64,000 nt of DNA from sequence record MZ443771.1. One strand, given 5' to 3'. Positions 62,413 through 64,000 of this stretch are shown one piece after another. The notes below the pieces were generated by a model that did not search any database, was not told where the DNA came from, and was given only the letters and a program-made list of their open reading frames with translations. Position 1 is the stretch's first letter. The number at the start of each line of letters is the position of its first letter. A program made the position numbers and the translations under genes.

Positions 62413-63552
62413 ATGATCACAGAAGAATTAGGTCTTAATGCTTATCTGGCACAGCGTCTGGGTATTGAGGAAACCTCAGAGGCGTTCCAACGAGTATACG
62501 CTGCAACGATTCGTTACATTGGCAGCGGGTATAAATCTATCGCGGGTTATCACCGCGACTTGCAAGCAGCCGTGGATTTTAAGCAGTACGAATTTACTGC
62601 CCCGGACTTGCGTATCGAACTTTCTTCCATCTGTCGTTTCACGTTGAAGATGCGTTTCTTTGTGCTGGCCGTGTGTCTGCATAAAGACCCTAAAGCAACA
62701 ATCCAGAAGTATGCTCAGTATGGGCTGTCGCGCCGTGAAGCAGTGTTAGCATGGAACCTGATTTTGAAGCACAACGATCAGCGTACTCAAATTCGTCGTT
62801 GTGCTAAAGCGCGTTCAAAAACCAAGGGTGGTCTTGATATCACTATGGTGAGCAGTAACGAACTGCAAATGCGCTTAGAACAAACAGCCAGCCTGTTTGG
62901 TGAGATTCATCGTAACGCCAAGCGTCTGGTCAGAAAGAACCTGCAGTGGGTGTCAGTCAGTCATAACATTCCGATTGCTGACTTGACGTGTGACATTATG
63001 TGCAAGGTGCTGCTGTCGTACTATCAGTCCTTGCCTAATCGTTTCAGCGAGGGCCACCAGCTCAACTATCTTCGTGCATCACTGACGAACCGCATTAACA
63101 ACATGAACAACTACTACGGCGCTGAGAAGCGCAAGCGTATGAAGAAAGTGGGCGAAGACAAATACGAGATCATTGTTATGTCTGACAATCAGATGTGGCA
63201 TAATCCAGAAGATGATTCATCCAATTCATACGAAGACATGTTGGGTGTGGATGCTCGCGTACATACCGAGCAGATGGAAAACAACTTGACGATCAATCGT
63301 CTGTTGGAAGATTCAGAAGGAACGAAACGCCACAAACTGTATCAAACGGTACTCGGCCGTGATTGTGCTGAGTTCACCGAATATCTGCGTGAGAACGGAA
63401 TGTTGAAACAGACCATGACGTGTGCTACCCAGTGGATAATGGCGAAGCCCGCGAAGTTCATACGCAAGACTCTAGCCAAGTGGCTTGAGGTTAGCGTTGA
63501 TGCCGTGTCTGGCGGTCTGGACACATTACGTGGTTCATTACAGGTCGCATGA
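62413..63552 (+). CDS. Putative divergent RNA polymerase sigma factor
   Basis: Region 2-like ADLTCDIMCKVLLSYY...FS...LNYLRASLTNRINN; region 4-like TLAKWLEVSVDAVSGGLDTLR. Confidence 0.5.
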   Translation: MITEELGLNAYLAQRLGIEETSEAFQRVYAATIRYIGSGYKSIAGYHRDLQAAVDFKQYEFTAPDLRIELSSICRFTLKMRFFVLAVCLHKDPKATIQKYAQYGLSRREAVLAWNLILKHNDQRTQIRRCAKARSKTKGGLDITMVSSNELQMRLEQTASLFGEIHRNAKRLVRKNLQWVSVSHNIPIADLTCDIMCKVLLSYYQSLPNRFSEGHQLNYLRASLTNRINNMNNYYGAEKRKRMKKVGEDKYEIIVMSDNQMWHNPEDDSSNSYEDMLGVDARVHTEQMENNLTINRLLEDSEGTKRHKLYQTVLGRDCAEFTEYLRENGMLKQTMTCATQWIMAKPAKFIRKTLAKWLEVSVDAVSGGLDTLRGSLQVA

Positions 63553-63569
63553 GAGGTCACCGTATAAAT

Positions 63570-63938
63570 ATGCAAGCTATCCTTAACACTGATGTGGAGC
63601 GTTCTGCATTAGCGCTGTTCAGCCGTCCTCAACTGGAAGAGGACTATAAGCGTACCGTGATGTACCTCGTGTATAAGACTGTAAATCGTAATGGCATGAT
63701 GCAAGTCAAGCGTCTGATGTTTGAACTGAGTCAGACGTATGGCCTGAACAAAGAAGATGTTATGTCTGCTATCAGTGCTCTCAAAGCGCCAGCGACATTC
63801 AACGCGCTCTCTGTGTTCGTGCCTCGTGCAGATATGAAGGCTAATCGTGTTTGTCGCGTCAATTCGAATACTGCGATTGAAAGTTGGATTGCAGAAGTAG
63901 AAGCGACTCGACCGCACATCACTCGCTTGTTGCAGTAG
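63570..63938 (+). CDS. Hypothetical protein (possible winged helix)
   Basis: SD GAGG; helical pattern VKRLMFELSQTYGLNKEDVMSAISAL. Confidence 0.7.
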   Translation: MQAILNTDVERSALALFSRPQLEEDYKRTVMYLVYKTVNRNGMMQVKRLMFELSQTYGLNKEDVMSAISALKAPATFNALSVFVPRADMKANRVCRVNSNTAIESWIAEVEATRPHITRLLQ

Positions 63939-63946
63939 GGGCATAG

Positions 63947-64000
63947 ATGGAAATGTTTTCGCTTGGCCTTGAAGTCAGGGCCATTCGAACTGTTACGAAC
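63947..64000 (+). CDS. Partial ORF at window edge
   Basis: SD AGGGG then ATG 63947; open to the window end. Confidence 0.4.
   Translation, partial: MEMFSLGLEVRAIRTVTN

Noticed and set aside
63563-63570. Exact T4 late promoter TATAAATA
   Set aside because: Single copy directly abutting the start codon, leaving no room for a leader with the SD; likely chance
1-64000. tRNA, rRNA, chimallin, PhuZ or multisubunit RNAP genes
   Set aside because: No cloverleaf or T-loop consensus in the intergenic gaps and no recognisable motifs; absence applies only to this window

Overview
This is a gene-dense 64 kb segment with essentially all credible genes on the + strand and enterobacterial-type codon use. 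It is almost certainly part of a large lytic (jumbo-type) phage genome. A relationship to the Erwinia/Dickeya jumbo myoviruses is my inference and was not checked. Recognisable genes: an intein-containing RecA/UvsX-like recombinase, an AcrVA2/FinQ-like protein, a NADAR-like protein, KptA/Tpt1, a radical SAM enzyme with a Cys/Gly tail, YbiI (DksA/TraR family), UvsE, dUTPase, a signal-anchored lytic transglycosylase, an HD hydrolase, a type IIA topoisomerase (GyrB plus a GyrA lacking its C-terminal domain), an HNH protein and a sigma-like protein. About 7-41 kb is an accessory region of small genes driven by a repeated promoter (about 11 copies across the window) with a conserved CTGGWCAAAAT box 27-29 nt upstream of an extended -10. 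About 41.5-55.3 kb encodes very acidic and very basic low-complexity proteins, many sharing a ~40-aa helix-extended-helix module, plus an H1-like protein next to the topoisomerase: a candidate phage nucleoid/condensate system. Two structured non-coding leaders and a second promoter-like motif (CTGTAAAYA) are also present. I saw no tRNA, rRNA or CRISPR array. All family calls rest on motif recognition from memory; no database searches were run.
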